This document shows positions 42,259 to 55,155 of a DNA stretch of 64,000 nt, in pieces. This DNA is from Eledone cirrhosa (taxonomy: Eukaryota). A model generated the notes under the pieces. That model was not told where the DNA came from and made no database searches. It saw only the letters and a list, made by a program, of their open reading frames with translations. The first letter of the stretch is position 1, and every line of letters begins with the position of its first letter. The position numbers were made by a program, and so were the translations under genes. The DNA lies in the NCBI GenBank assembly GCA_964016885.1, contig OZ024742.1, positions 39,866,001-39,930,000 of the forward strand. Direction: 5' to 3'.

Positions 42259-42337
42259 CAATTTCTTTTCTTTTACAACCTTGCCACCAGGAAGGTGGCC
42301 GGTCAAAAAATATACTCAAAATTAAGAGAAAGAGAAA
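39589..42337 (+). mobile_element. 5'-truncated R4/Dong-clade non-LTR retrotransposon (family A) in (TACA)n
   Basis: (TACA)n on both sides; short 3'UTR with hairpin GCCACC-AGGAA-GGTGGC. Confidence 0.92.
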
Positions 42338-42400
42338 ACATACATACATACATACACATACATACATTCATACATACATACATACTACATACATACATAC

Positions 42401-43010
42401 ATGGTGGCCGCCAACTCGTTTTCGTGTACGGCCACTACTTTATATCCATGTAGGAGAACTCCTACCGATGCACTGAACGAGTGTGACTTTTTAGTCCAGC
42501 CAGCGACTTGAAAACTCTGGTACAAACACTACACTTGTGACAATTATTGACACATAGTGCTGGGCCCATGGTACCATGTGACGACAAGTGCAGAGAGATC
42601 TCCAGGTATAAAGCAATGCCTGTGCCGTGAAGCTTTTATAGTGAGCAAAGGCACTGCACAAAGCCAGTCCCACTCTCTTAACCAAGATGATATTTACCAA
42701 AAAGAAGAACAAGTCAACATCATTGGATACCATCAGGGTTGCAGGTGTTATATCAGAGTTTTCCTTCTCCTAGAATTCTGCCTTGACAAAGGCTAAGGGG
42801 TCATCTCTCCCAGTGATTTTGGATGGCCATTGACTCTTAAGAGCTGCTTTGCCCTTTGACAAGTTTTGTTTTTAGTCCTGCAGGATGTCCAAAGTCACCC
42901 TCCTCACCAAAAAACCTAGGTGGGGTTGCCAGTTTAGTCGCCAACGACCCGACCATGAGACAGGTTGTACTGGGATAAATGTTACCAGCAGCACCAACTG
43001 GTGACCTGAC
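42401..43010 (-). mobile_element. Family X non-coding retroposon, full length (~610 bp)
   Basis: Same two ends as 47956-48565 and 48585-49194; contains TCTAGGAGAAGGAAAACTCTGA, resembling RTE 5'UTRs. Confidence 0.85.
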
Positions 43011-43086
43011 ATACATACATACATACATACATACATACATACATACATACATACATACATACATACATACATACATACATACATAC

Positions 43087-43782
43087 GTAAAAACGATAGC
43101 CCCGATAATAAACACATTAAAAGCTACATCAATGTGGAAGACATCCATGTACATAGTATGAAAGAATACTGGTGGAATGTTCCAGTAAAAAACCCCAATA
43201 AAATGCAGGCATAACAGACCAGATATTATGATATGGGACAGGGCGGAGAAAGCACGCACATTCGTGGAAATTAGCTGCCCAGCAGATGCCAATATAATAT
43301 CAAAGATTAGTGAAAAGGAGAATATTTATGCAGAACTGATGAGAAATCTGCAGATACTCCACCCTGATTACACCTTCAGATGTATGCCTATGATTATTGG
43401 GGCACTGGGGTATGTTAGTAACTGCCCCAATACAAATCTTGAGAAGCTAGGCTTCACAGGAACAGAAAGAACACAACTAGTTAGGAAATTACTAGTACAA
43501 TCCTTTAATGGAACAGAAAAAGTATGTAAAACATTCCAAAAATGTTGCATCTAATAACTGCATATACACAAGTACAGATACAAAGCATATACACATGCAT
43601 ACATACTGATCAAAACATACACATCCCCACATACAATAACATCCATATCTACACATGCATGCATACATACATATCTACCTAGTTGATGTTGTGTAAATTC
43701 CAATGAGAGAGTCTTGTGTCTATGTTAGAAACTGACTCTCACTCTATTGGGAAAAAATTTGTGAAATTATAAAACCAGAAGA
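43087..43782 (+). mobile_element. R4/Dong family B 3' fragment (endonuclease plus 3'UTR)
   Basis: EYWWN, HNRPDIMIWD, VEISCP, KENIY; flanked by (TACA)n; frameshifted. Confidence 0.88.
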
Positions 43783-43862
43783 ACATACATACATACACAT
43801 ACATACATTCATGCATGCATACATACATACATACATACATACATACATACATACATACATAC

Positions 43863-44446
43863 ATGGTGGCTGCCAACTCGTTTTCGAGTACGGCCACTAC
43901 TTTATATCCATGTAGGAGAACCCCTACCGATGCGCTGAACGAGTGTGACTTTTTAGTCCAGCCAGCGACTTGAAAACTCTGTTACAAACACAACACGTGT
44001 GACAACAATTGACACATAGTGCTGGGCCCATGGTACCATGTGACGACAAGTGCAGAGAGATCTCCAGATATAAAGCAATGCCTGTGCCGTGAAGCTTTTA
44101 TAGTGAGCAAAGGCACTGCACAAAGCCAGTCCCACTCTCTTAACCAAGATGATATTTACCAAAAAGAACAAGTCAACATCATTGGATACCATCAGAGTTG
44201 CAGGTGCTATATCAGAGTGTTCCTTCTCCTAGAATTCTGCCTTGACAAAGGCTAAGGGGTCATCTCTCCCGGTGATTTTGGATGGCCATTGACTCTTAAG
44301 AGCTCCTTTGTCCTTTGACAGGTTTTGTTTTTAGTCCTGCAGGATGTCCAAAGTCACCCTCCTCACCAAGAAACCTTGGTAGGGTTGCCAGTTTAGTCGC
44401 CAACGACCCGACCATGAGACAGGTTGTACTGGGATACATGTTACCA
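43863..44446 (-). mobile_element. Family X retroposon, slightly truncated
   Basis: Near-identical to 42401-42987. Confidence 0.85.
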
Positions 44447-44533
44447 TACATACATACATACATACATACATACATACATACATACATACATACATACATA
44501 CATACATACATACATACATACATACATACATAC

Positions 44534-45234
44534 GTAAAAAAATAGCCCCGATAATAAACACATTAAAAGCTGCAGCAATGTGGAAGACATCCATGTACAT
44601 AATATGAAAGAGTACTGGTGGAATGTTCCAGTAAAAACCCCAATAAAATGCAGGCATAACAGACCAGATATTATGATATGGGACAGGGAGAAGAAAGAAT
44701 GCACAGTAGTGGAAATTAGCTGCCCAGCAGATGCCAATATAATATCAAAGATTAGCGAAAAGGATAATATTTATGCAGAACTGATGAGAAATCTGCAGAT
44801 ACTCCACCCTGATTACACCTTCAGATTTATGCCTGTAATTATTGGGGCACTGGGACAAGTTAGTAACTGCCTCAATACAAATCTTGAGAAGCTACGCTTT
44901 TTAGGAACAGAAAGAACACAACTAGTTAGGAAATTACAAGTACAATCCATTAATGGAACAGTAAAAATATGTAAAACATTCCAAATATTTTGTATCTAAT
45001 AACTGCATATACACATGTACAGATACAAAGCATATACACATGCACACATACAACTCAAAACATCCACATCCACACATACAATAACATCCATACCTACACA
45101 CGCATGCAGGCAGACATACAGACATATCTAGCTAGTTGATGTTGTGTAAATTCCAATGAGAGAGTCTTATGTCTATGTTAGAAACCGACTCTCTCTCTAT
45201 TAGTAAACATTTGTGAAATTATAAAACCAGAAGA
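44534..45234 (+). mobile_element. R4/Dong family B 3' fragment, second copy
   Basis: ORF 44580-44999 with endonuclease motifs; same start point as the 43087 copy. Confidence 0.88.
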
Positions 45235-45406
45235 ACATACATACATACATACATACATACATACATACGTACATACATACATACATACATACATACATAC
45301 ATACATACATACATACATACATACATACATACATACGTACATACATACATACATACAGGGGTTTTTGCTGGAATGTATAAACGTAGTTCAATTCTATTTA
45401 CTTATG

Positions 45407-45479
<73 letters not shown>

Positions 45480-45665
45480 GTTTGAGCCTGAGTAATTACA
45501 CGGATATATATTCGTGAATAAGTTGATACATAGTGTAAAATATTTACTATATATATATGTGTGTGTGTGAAAGAGAGAGAGATATGGAGAGAGAGAGTGT
45601 GTGTATGTATATATGTATGATTGTATGGATGTAAGTATGTATGTATATGCATGAATGTATGTATG

Positions 45666-45696
<31 letters not shown>

Positions 45697-46203
45697 GTTA
45701 AACAACTGGGAGTGAAGGACCCCTAGCCTTTGTCAGGGCATTCTTCTAGGAGAAGGCAACTCAGGAAACTGGGATAACTCCGATATAAAATCTGTGGCTC
45801 AGTAGTTACCGATGATGATATTTTCTTCTTTTCGGGTTATAGCTACTGTCGCTCAGAGAGTGGGATTGGCTCAGTACACAGTCTTTCCTCATTTAAAAAA
45901 ATATCTTCACGCACAGGCATTGCACGATAGAATTAATTAATTGTTTCTACTTTAGGCACAAGGCCAGCAATTAACCAGTGTATTACTGGTACTTTATTTT
46001 ATCGACCCCGGAAGGATGAAAGGCAAAGTCAACCTCGGCGGGATTTGAACTCAGATCGTAAAGGGACGTAACTATGCTGGAAAGCATGGCGTCCGACCCT
46101 CTACCGATACTGTCAATCCACCGCACGATAGAATTAATTAATAATTATTAATAATGGTATATCGTGTAATGGCCATACTCGATAACGAGGGGGCAGCCAT
46201 CAT
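45697..46203 (+). mobile_element. X-related subfamily Z, truncated, interrupted by a SINE
   Basis: Matches 49853-50110; ends GGCAGCCATCAT|GTATG. Confidence 0.8.
45942..46122 (-). mobile_element. OK-like SINE with 20-bp TSD
   Basis: GCACGATAGAATTAATTAAT at 45922-45941 and 46123-46142. Confidence 0.92.
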
Positions 46204-46890
46204 GTATGTAAGTATGTATGTGCATGATTATATGTAAGTAAGTATGTAAGTATGTAAGTATGTAAGAATATATGTATGTATGCATGTTTCTATATGTATG
46301 TATGTTATGTATGTATGTTTGTTTGTATATGTATGTATTTATGTATTGAAATATGTATGTATCTCAATATATATAATAAATTGTCAGGTAAGTCGGAATG
46401 AATAAGTTTACGCATGTATGTATTTTGTATTAAGGTAGGTAGGTAGTGGGGCAGGTAGTTTCATAGGGAGGTAGATTCATAGGTAGGTAGGTAGAAAGGT
46501 AGGTAGGTGGGTAGGTAGGTAAGTAAGTAGGTAGGTAGGTGGGTAGGTAGGAACGTAGGTAGGTGGGTCGGGCAGGTAGTTAGGAAGGTAGATAGGTAGG
46601 ACGGGCAGGTAGTTAGGAAGGTAGGTAGGTGGCTAGATTAGTGTATGAATAGACAGGTAGGTGTTTAGGAATGAAGGTTAGCTGTAGGTTGGTATTCAAG
46701 TATGTATACATTTATATACGATGTGTCTAATGTACATATTTGCTAATGTATAGTTAAATCTTTTATTGCTCTTTCTTTGTCTCTCAATACATATATATAC
46801 AACATACATACATGCACACATGTATGTATGTATGTATGTATGTATGTATGTATGTATGTATGTATGTATGTATGTATCTATGTATGTATG

Positions 46891-47869
46891 TCTCTTTCTC
46901 TTAATTTCGAATATATTTTTTTGACCGGCCACCTTCCGGGTGGCAAGGTTGTAAAAGAAAAGAAATTGTCATCCCTTGAATCGCAAGAATGTTTTGCAAA
47001 TTTTGAAGGTGCCAGCTATCGCAGCCATTTGTAGACTATGAATTAGGGAGCTGCGCTTTTTGTCCGCAAATCCAAGTCCAGTCATACTTTGGTCCAAGCG
47101 GGTTGGTCTATAACCCGTAACTCCAATAATGATGGGTATGAACCTAAAGGTGTATCTTGGATACTGGATTTGTAAACTCCTCATCAATGGTCCGTAGATG
47201 TCCTCCTTCTCCTGTATTTTTCTGACAACGTTTACATCAAGTGGGTAACTGATCTCCACAACAGAACACGTTTTCAATGTGTAGTCCCAAACTACAATAT
47301 CAGGCCGGTTGTGCTTTAATTTGGTGGTAGTTTTTATTTTCAGGTTCCACCAGTATTTCTTAGTGCCATCTGTCTCAATATATTCCTCCTCGTTTGTTGT
47401 TAATTTTGTTTTCCGAAGTGCGTTCCAGATGGTTCTAGCTATCCCATCGTGTCTCATGGGGAGGTAGTAGCGAGATGACATTCTTTCGCAGCTGGCAACA
47501 ATGTGGCTTACATCCTCGATCTTTGTTTTACATAGCCTACATTTATTGTCAGCTGCTGGCCCTCCTCTTTTGTGCAGCAGATATTTGGTATGGAGTTCTT
47601 GTTCCTGTATTGCATAGAGATATCCCTCAAGGTGTGATGTCATAAACTTATCGGAATCCATGCCAGGCTTTTTGAGTGGTTTATCCCCTCTATGGTCTGT
47701 GTTTTACGTCTCAAGTATCCATCACAACTTTTTCTGTAAATTGGTCAATGTTTTCATCTTGTTTGAACATTGAATAGGATCTTCCGATTTTTCTGGGTGA
47801 GAGATTTATATCAGGCTTTATTCCACATCTCTCCTCCAGATCAGTCGCTATTCGAATGATTTTTTTTTT
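46891..47869 (-). mobile_element. R4/Dong family A, second and more truncated copy
   Basis: Highly similar to 41360-42337 in reverse; flanked by (TATG)n; ORF 46969-47661. Confidence 0.92.
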
Positions 47870-47955
47870 ATGTATGTATGTATGTATGTATGTATGTATG
47901 TATGTATGTATGTATGTATGTATGTATGTATGTATGTATGTATGTATGTATGTAT

Positions 47956-48565
47956 GTCAGGTCACCAGTTGGTGCTACTGGTAACATGTATCCCAGTACA
48001 ACCTGTCTCATGGTCGGGTCGTTGGCGACTAAACTGGCAACCCCACCAAGGTTTTTTGGTGAGGAGGGTGACTTTGGACATCCTGCAGGACTAAAAACAA
48101 AACTTGTCAAAGGGCAAAGCAGCTCTTAAGAGTCAATGGCCATCCAAAATCACTGGGAGAGATGACCCCTTAGCCTTTGTCAAGGCAGAATTCTAGGAGA
48201 AGGAAAACTCTGATATAACACCTGCAACCCTGATGGTATCCAATGATGTTGACTTGTTCTTCTTTTTGGTAAATATCATCTTGGTTAAGAGAGTGGGACT
48301 GGCTTTGTGCAGTGCCTTTGCTCACTATAAAAGCTTCACGGCACAGCCATTGCTTTATATCTGGAGATCTCTCTGCACTTGTCGTCACATGGTACCATGG
48401 GCCCAGCACTATGTGTCAATTATTGTCGCAAGTGTAGTGTGTGTACCAGAGTTTTCAAGTCGCTGACTGGACTAAAATGTCACACTCGTTCAGCGCATCG
48501 GTAGGGGTTCTCCGACATGGATATAAAGTAGTGGCCGTACTCGAAAACGAGTTAGCAGCCACCAT
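47956..48565 (+). mobile_element. Family X retroposon, full length
   Basis: GTCAGGTCAC...GCAGCCACCAT between (TATG)n tracts. Confidence 0.85.
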
Positions 48566-48584
48566 GTATGTATGTATGTATCAT

Positions 48585-49194
48585 GTCAGGTCACCAGTTG
48601 GTGCTACTGGTAACATGTATCCCAGTACAACCTGTCTCATGGTCGGGTCATTGGCGACTAAACTGGCAACCCCACCAAGGTTTCTTGGTGAGGAGGGCGA
48701 CTTTGGACATCCTGCAGGACTAAAAACAAAACCTGTCAAAGGGCAAAGGAGCTCTTAAGAGTCAATGGCCATCCAAAATCACCGGGAGAGATGACCCCTT
48801 AGCCTTTGTCAAGGCAGAATTCTAGGAGAAGGAAAACTCTGATATAACACCTGTAACCCTGATGATATCCAATGATGTTGACTTGTTCTTCTTTTTGGTA
48901 AATATCATCTTGGTTAAGAGAGTGGGACTGGCTTTGTGCTGTGCCTTTGCTCACTATAAAAGCTTCACGGCACAGGCATTGCTTTATACCTGGAGATCTC
49001 TCTGCACTTGTCATCACATGGTACCATGGGCCCAGCACTATGTGTCAATAATTGTCACAAGTGTAGTGTTTGTACCAGAGTTTTCAAGTCGCTGGCTGGA
49101 CTTAAAAGTCACACTCGTTCAGCGCATCGGTAGGAGTTCTCCTACATGGATATAAAGTAGTGGCCGTACTCGAAAATGAGTTGGCAGCCACCAT
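48585..49194 (+). mobile_element. Family X retroposon, full length, tandem to the previous copy
   Basis: Separated from the previous copy by ~19 nt of TATG repeats. Confidence 0.85.
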
Positions 49195-49554
49195 GTATGT
49201 ATGTATGTATGTATGTATGTATCTATGTATGTATGTATGTATGTATGTATGTATGTATGTGTGTGTGTATGTATGTATGTATGTACGTACGTATGTATGT
49301 ACGTACGTATGTATGTACGTGCGTATGTATGTATGTAAGAATGTGTGTATATATGTATGTATGTATGTATGCATGTATATATATGTATGTGTGTCTGTGT
49401 GTATGTGCGTGCATGTGCGCACGCACGTGTGTGTGTTTACGTATGTATTTATGTATGTAAGTACGTGTGTGTGTGTGTGTATGTATATGTGTATATATTT
49501 ATGCATGAATTACGTATATAGTATGTAAGTGTATATGTATGTATGTATGTGTAT

Positions 49555-50110
49555 GTCGGGTCACTCTTGAGTGCTACTGGTAACATGTAACCCAGTACAA
49601 CCTGTCGCATGGTCGGGTCGTCGGCGACTAAACCGGTAACCCCACCAAGTTTACTGGTGAGGAGGGTGATTTTGGACACCCTGCAGGACAAAACACAAAA
49701 CCTGACAAATGGTGGAAGAACTCATAAGTGTGTAAATATGTATATACACATGTACATATGTGTGTATATATATATGTGCATATGCATGGGTGCATATGTA
49801 TTTATATGCGCGGGGACATAGAAATAGTCGGGCTGGACACCCGATCGCGCGGTTAAACCACTGGGAGTGAAGGACTGGGATAACTCCGATATAAAACTTC
49901 TGCTCAGTAGTTACCGATGATGTTGAGCTTTTCTTCTTTTCGGGTTATAGCTACTGTCGCTCAGAGAGTGGGATTGGCTCAGTGCACAGTCTTTCCCCAC
50001 TTTAAAAAATATCTTCACGCACAAGCATTGCACGATAGAATTAATTAATAATTATTAATAATGTTATATCGTGCAATGGCCAGACTCGATAACCAGGGGG
50101 CAGCCATCAT
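49555..50110 (+). mobile_element. X-related subfamily Z, with internal low-complexity tract
   Basis: Shares the 5' ~150 nt and terminal GGCAGCCAYCAT with family X. Confidence 0.75.
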
Positions 50111-50764
50111 GTATGTATGTAAGAGTATATGTATGTATGTAAGTGTTTATGTATGTATGTAAGTGTACGTGTATGTATGTGTATGTATGTATATATGTAA
50201 GTGTATATGTATGTGTGTGTGTGTGTATGAAAGGATGGCTGGACCCGTAACTCCCGGTGGAGTCGTAGTGACATATGGTGTTTCTTAAGTATCTTTTAAA
50301 CCTGGTGGAGCCCATCTCCTCACTAGGCCTGAACACATCCGATTTCTTCCTGAGAGAGAGAGGGGGGGGGCGAGAGAGAGAGAGAGAGAGAGTGTGTGTG
50401 TGTGTGGAAGAATCGACGCCAGTACTTGCCTGATAGTCTTATCGACCTCAGAAGTGTAAAAGGCAAACCTGATCTCGACAGGAACAAAGCTGAACTCAGA
50501 ACGCAGAGACCCGGAACGAATACTGCAAAGCATAGAACGAATTCTATACTATGTTCTAACCACCCTACCAATGCACCACGCACACACACATACACACATA
50601 CATACACACACATACATACACACATACTTATATACACATATATAGGCATGCATATACAAATACAGACACACACACACACACATATATATACATATATATG
50701 AAAGACGTAAAATAAGAAAATTTTAAAAAGAATTTAAAAAATTAACTTACTTACTAAAATTTTC

Positions 50765-50846
50765 ACTCCAACTAATTAGTTTCTGCAATGGGATAAAGAC
50801 AGTTACGTAACATAACCGTCGAGAATCCATTGCGTCATCAGGGAGT
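50765..50846 (-). ncRNA. Type-I hammerhead ribozyme in a ~350-bp element between microsatellites
   Basis: Minus strand ACTCC-CTGATGA-C-GCAATGG...CCATTGC-A-GAAA-CTAATTAG-TT-GGAGT; palindromic stem III. Confidence 0.8.
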
Positions 50847-51165
50847 CTATTCTCAGCTAAGTCTCCAGGCAATGCGCGGACACTGGGGACTCATATAAAA
50901 ATAATAATAATTCGGTAGATGGAACAGCTAGCGGGGACTGAATTCCATGCACTGAAAAGCTCGCTGTCTCTGGTCAAATGGCAGATTCTAAAGAATCAAT
51001 CACGTGACACTGAGGCTAGTCGGTAGGAGTGGGATGGTAAATTCTCTATACATATATATATATATATATATACATTCACACGAATCGTTTCATACACAGC
51101 GACACACACAATACATACACATACTTTATACACATATATAGGCATGCATATACAAATACAGACAC

Positions 51166-51235
<70 letters not shown>

Positions 51236-51296
51236 TCACACGAATATTTTCATACATAGCGACACACACAGACACACACAGACACACGCAGACACA

Positions 51297-51372
<76 letters not shown>

Positions 51373-51375
<3 letters not shown>

Positions 51376-51546
51376 TGAAATTCCGTTATAACGAAACTCA
51401 CGGGGTATAAAAAAAATTCGTTGTAATGAAAATTTCTTCATAATGAGATTAACCTGACACACCAAACGTCTAGCCGGGGATTGAAAAAAATTTGTTATAC
51501 TGAAAAGTTCGTTATAATGGTATTCATTATAACGGAATTTTACCGG
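51373..51546. mobile_element. pogo/Tigger-type MITE
   Basis: TIR CAGTGAAATTCCGTTATAACGAA and an imperfect complement; TA flanks. Confidence 0.75.
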
Positions 51547-51574
51547 TATACATATATATTTATGCACAGACGAT

Positions 51575-52030
51575 GACGATGATTGGCTGAAAAGTTCATA
51601 GGCTGACCCAGATACACTCATGTGACTAAATTAGGTTTATTTTTCAGTATAGTCCCTTTTATGGTTCACACACTTCTTCCATCGATGTTGCAGTGCTTGG
51701 ATCCAATTAATGAACATTTCATCCTCTTGGTAAAATAAAAGTCATCAACAGCAGATATGACATCATCATCACTGCAATACTGGTTCCCAGTTGAAGAATA
51801 GATGATAGTCAGATGGGTCAAAATCAGGAGAATAGGTAGGGTGATCAATCAGTTCAAGTCCACAGTCACGCACAGCGGTTATTGAAACAAGGGACTTGTG
51901 CGCTGTAGCATTGTCCTGATGAAACACGACCCCCCTTCGTCAGTTTTCCTGGACGTTTGGTCTTGATAGCCTTTCATAACTGCCTCAGCAAGTTGGCATA
52001 GTAATCTCCATGGATGGTGTGGCCCTTTGA
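51575..52030 (-). pseudogene. Decayed mariner transposase 3' part with TIR remnant
   Basis: FHQDNA and HPTYSPDFDPSDYHLF; terminus TTGGCTGAAAAGTTCATAGG; a related terminus lies at ~31050-31102. Confidence 0.8.
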
Positions 52031-52032
52031 GA

Positions 52033-52385
52033 GTGTGCTTGAAGCTTTTTTAAGTGAAGAAAGGCTTTGCACGGGACCAATCGTACTCTTTGAACATTTG
52101 CCCAACAAGAAGAACTGGTCTACATCAATGGATGTAAACGAAGTCGCAGGTTTTATATCAGAGTAATCTTCTAGAGAGATGTCTTAATGAAGACTAGGAG
52201 TCTCTCTCTTCCCCCCCAAAAAACATTTTATTGAATGGCTCTTGACTCTCCTCATCTCGTCCGCCCTTTGACGAGTTCTGTTTATCATCCTGCAGGGTGT
52301 CCAAATTCACTCTCGTCACCAAGCAAGCTTGGTGGGGTTGTCGGTTTATTCGCCGACGACCCAACCATGTACATGTAACACAGTA
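52033..52385 (-). mobile_element. Diverged X-related fragment
   Basis: Similar to 59270-59560. Confidence 0.6.
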
Positions 52386-52624
52386 CATACATACATACAT
52401 ACATACACACATACATACATACACACATACATACACACACACACACACACATACACACATACACACATACATACATACACACACATACATATAAATACAC
52501 GTATATCATTAGTATTATAAGAATTCTTTCTGTTTGAAGCTTCGAAGAATCTAGTTATGCATACGCCATGGCATAATTGAAACATCGACGAATAATGATG
52601 AAAAATGACACACACATTACACAC

Positions 52625-52694
<70 letters not shown>

Positions 52695-52814
52695 CAGACA
52701 CACACATATGTATGTATACACACTAATGTGTATGCATACACACAAATGTAGTATATATATATATACACACATATGTATGTATACACACAAATGTGTATGC
52801 ATACACACAAATGC

Positions 52815-52924
<110 letters not shown>

Positions 52925-53094
52925 GTATATATATGTATATATATATATATATTGTTATACTTTGGGAGGGTCATGTTGCCAATAAGAAACACACGTACCA
53001 GTTGCTTTCACTTCAATTTATTATAATAAATTTATAAATTTATAAATTTCCGGTTGGTTGGTTGGTTCCACAACCAGATGGTTGCTTATATATT

Positions 53095-53137
53095 GTCAAA
53101 GTTCTTTCGTCACACATTCTGTGACCTCTTCAGTGAC
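53095..53137 (-). ncRNA. Minimal hammerhead, left pLTR
   Basis: GTCA-CTGAAGA-G-GTCACA-GAATG-TGTGAC-GAAA-GAAC-TT-TGAC. Confidence 0.7.
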
Positions 53138-53331
53138 TGGGGATTCTTTTCTTTGTTTTTTGTGCCTCTCCTTTGTTCTATCCTACGCCATCTTGTTTTT
53201 GTGTGTGTGTTGTGTGCTTAGTTTGCGCATGTGTTACATCCGGGTGTCTGTGTGTGTTTATATTCGTTTATTTATTTGTTTATTTACATGTTACTGGTTG
53301 GTTGTTTGTTCTATGTGCGTGTGTGTTTTCA

Positions 53332-53895
53332 TGGTATGATAGCAATAAATACCAGAGTGTAATGTTCATCGATACAACCCCTAGAGGTGAATTAGCTTAC
53401 AAATTTAGAAGGGCCCTAGATAAACATAAACTCAATATTAAGATAGTAGAAAGACCAGGTACCTCCATAAAAACACTTATTAACAAGACATACCCTTTTC
53501 AAAGACCTCCCTGTATAGATAAGAAATGTATAATCTGTAAATTAAGCCCCCATATTAACTGTAAAACTAGAAATGTAGTATATAGCATAAGATGTACTGA
53601 AGGACAATGTAGAGATAAAAATATAGTGTACATAGGTGAGACAGCTCATAGTATAGGAGAACGGATAAATGAACACTGGCGAGACCTTCAAGATAGTAAA
53701 GAATCATCTGTACTCTACCAACATGCTAAAATAGAACATAAGGGTAAATTAGAGAACATAGAAATAAAAATAGAATCTACACACAGAAAAGACGCAATGT
53801 TTAGACAAATCACAGAGGCAATAAACATAAATGAATTACAACCAAAATTAAATAGAAAACATGAATGGAACAGCAACATCACAACTTACAATTAA
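53332..53895 (+). CDS. Penelope-like C-terminus: Cys-rich linker plus GIY-YIG endonuclease
   Basis: CIDKKCIICK, CKTRNVVYSIRC, YIGET...RINEH, HAKIEH, RQITEA, PKLNRKHEW. The first ~53 aa of the listed ORF are inverted-pLTR sequence. Confidence 0.88.
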   Translation, partial: WYDSNKYQSVMFIDTTPRGELAYKFRRALDKHKLNIKIVERPGTSIKTLINKTYPFQRPPCIDKKCIICKLSPHINCKTRNVVYSIRCTEGQCRDKNIVYIGETAHSIGERINEHWRDLQDSKESSVLYQHAKIEHKGKLENIEIKIESTHRKDAMFRQITEAININELQPKLNRKHEWNSNITTYN

Positions 53896-54093
53896 GGACA
53901 AAATGAAAACACACACACACATAGAACAACCAACCAGTAACATGTAAATAAACAAATAAATAAACGAATATAAACACACACAGACACTCGGATGTAACAC
54001 ATGCGCAAACTAAGCACACAACACACACACAAAAACAAGATGGCGTAGGACAGAACAAAGGAGAGTAACAAAAAACAAAGAAAATAATCCCCA

Positions 54094-54136
54094 GTCACTG
54101 AAGAGGTCACAGAATGTGTGACGAAAGAATTTTGAC
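54094..54136 (+). ncRNA. Minimal hammerhead, right pLTR
   Basis: Same motif as the left arm with GAAT in stem III. Confidence 0.65.
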
Positions 54137-54281
54137 AATATATAAACAACCATCTGGTTGTGGAACCAACCAACCAACCAACCAACCAACCGGAAATTTA
54201 TAAATTTATAAATTTATTATAATAAATTGAAAACAACTGGTGCGTGTGTTTCTTATTGGCAACATGACCCTCCCAAAGTAT

Positions 54282-54319
<38 letters not shown>

Positions 54320-54489
54320 GTATACATATATATGCATATAATGCATATAGACAAACGCACATACATACATACATATACTTAAGTATATATTGTATTTATG
54401 TATGTATGTACGTATATATGCTAACACATCTATGTACACACGCATACAAAAAAATAAATGTCTTAACATTCACAACTAACTACGCCAAT

Positions 54490-55155
54490 AACAGACACCA
54501 ACACCAACAATAACATCTCACACCACACCAACACCACACCAACACCACCACCAACACCACACCAACACCACCACCAACACCACCACCAACACCACCACCA
54601 ACACCACCACCAACACCACCACTAACACCACCAACAATAACAACCCATACCACACCACCACCAACACCACCAACACCAACACCACCAACACCAACACCAC
54701 CACCACCACCAATACTACCACCACCAACACCACCAATACCACCACCACCAACACCGCCACCAACACCACCACCACCAACACCGCCACCACCAACACCACC
54801 ACCAACACCACCACCAATACAACCACGTCCACCAATACTACCACCACCAACACCACCAATACCACCACCACCAACACCGCCACCAACACCACCAACACCA
54901 ACACCGCCACCAACACCACCAACACCGCCACTACCACAAACACCACCACCAACACCACAAACACCACCAACACCAACACCGCCACCACCACCACCAACAC
55001 CGCCACCAACACCACCCACACCAACACCGCCACCAACACCACCAACACCGCCACTACCACAAACACCACCACCAACACCACCAACACCAACACCGCCACC
55101 AACACCACTAACACCGCCACTAACACCACCAACACCACCACCACTACCATCACTA
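54490..55155. repeat. (ACC)/(AAC) compound trinucleotide array
   Basis: Direct inspection. Confidence 0.95.

Larger units (their letters stand above)
52951..54287 (+). mobile_element. 5'-truncated Penelope-like element with inverted pLTRs (52951-53332 / 53903-54287) in (TA)n
   Basis: ~380-bp inverted arms around a GIY-YIG coding fragment; one hammerhead per arm. Confidence 0.9.

Noticed and set aside
42491-42796. Recurrent 78-80 aa ORFs on both strands of family X
   Set aside because: Recurrence reflects repeat copy identity; no recognisable domain; not conserved in subfamilies Y and Z.
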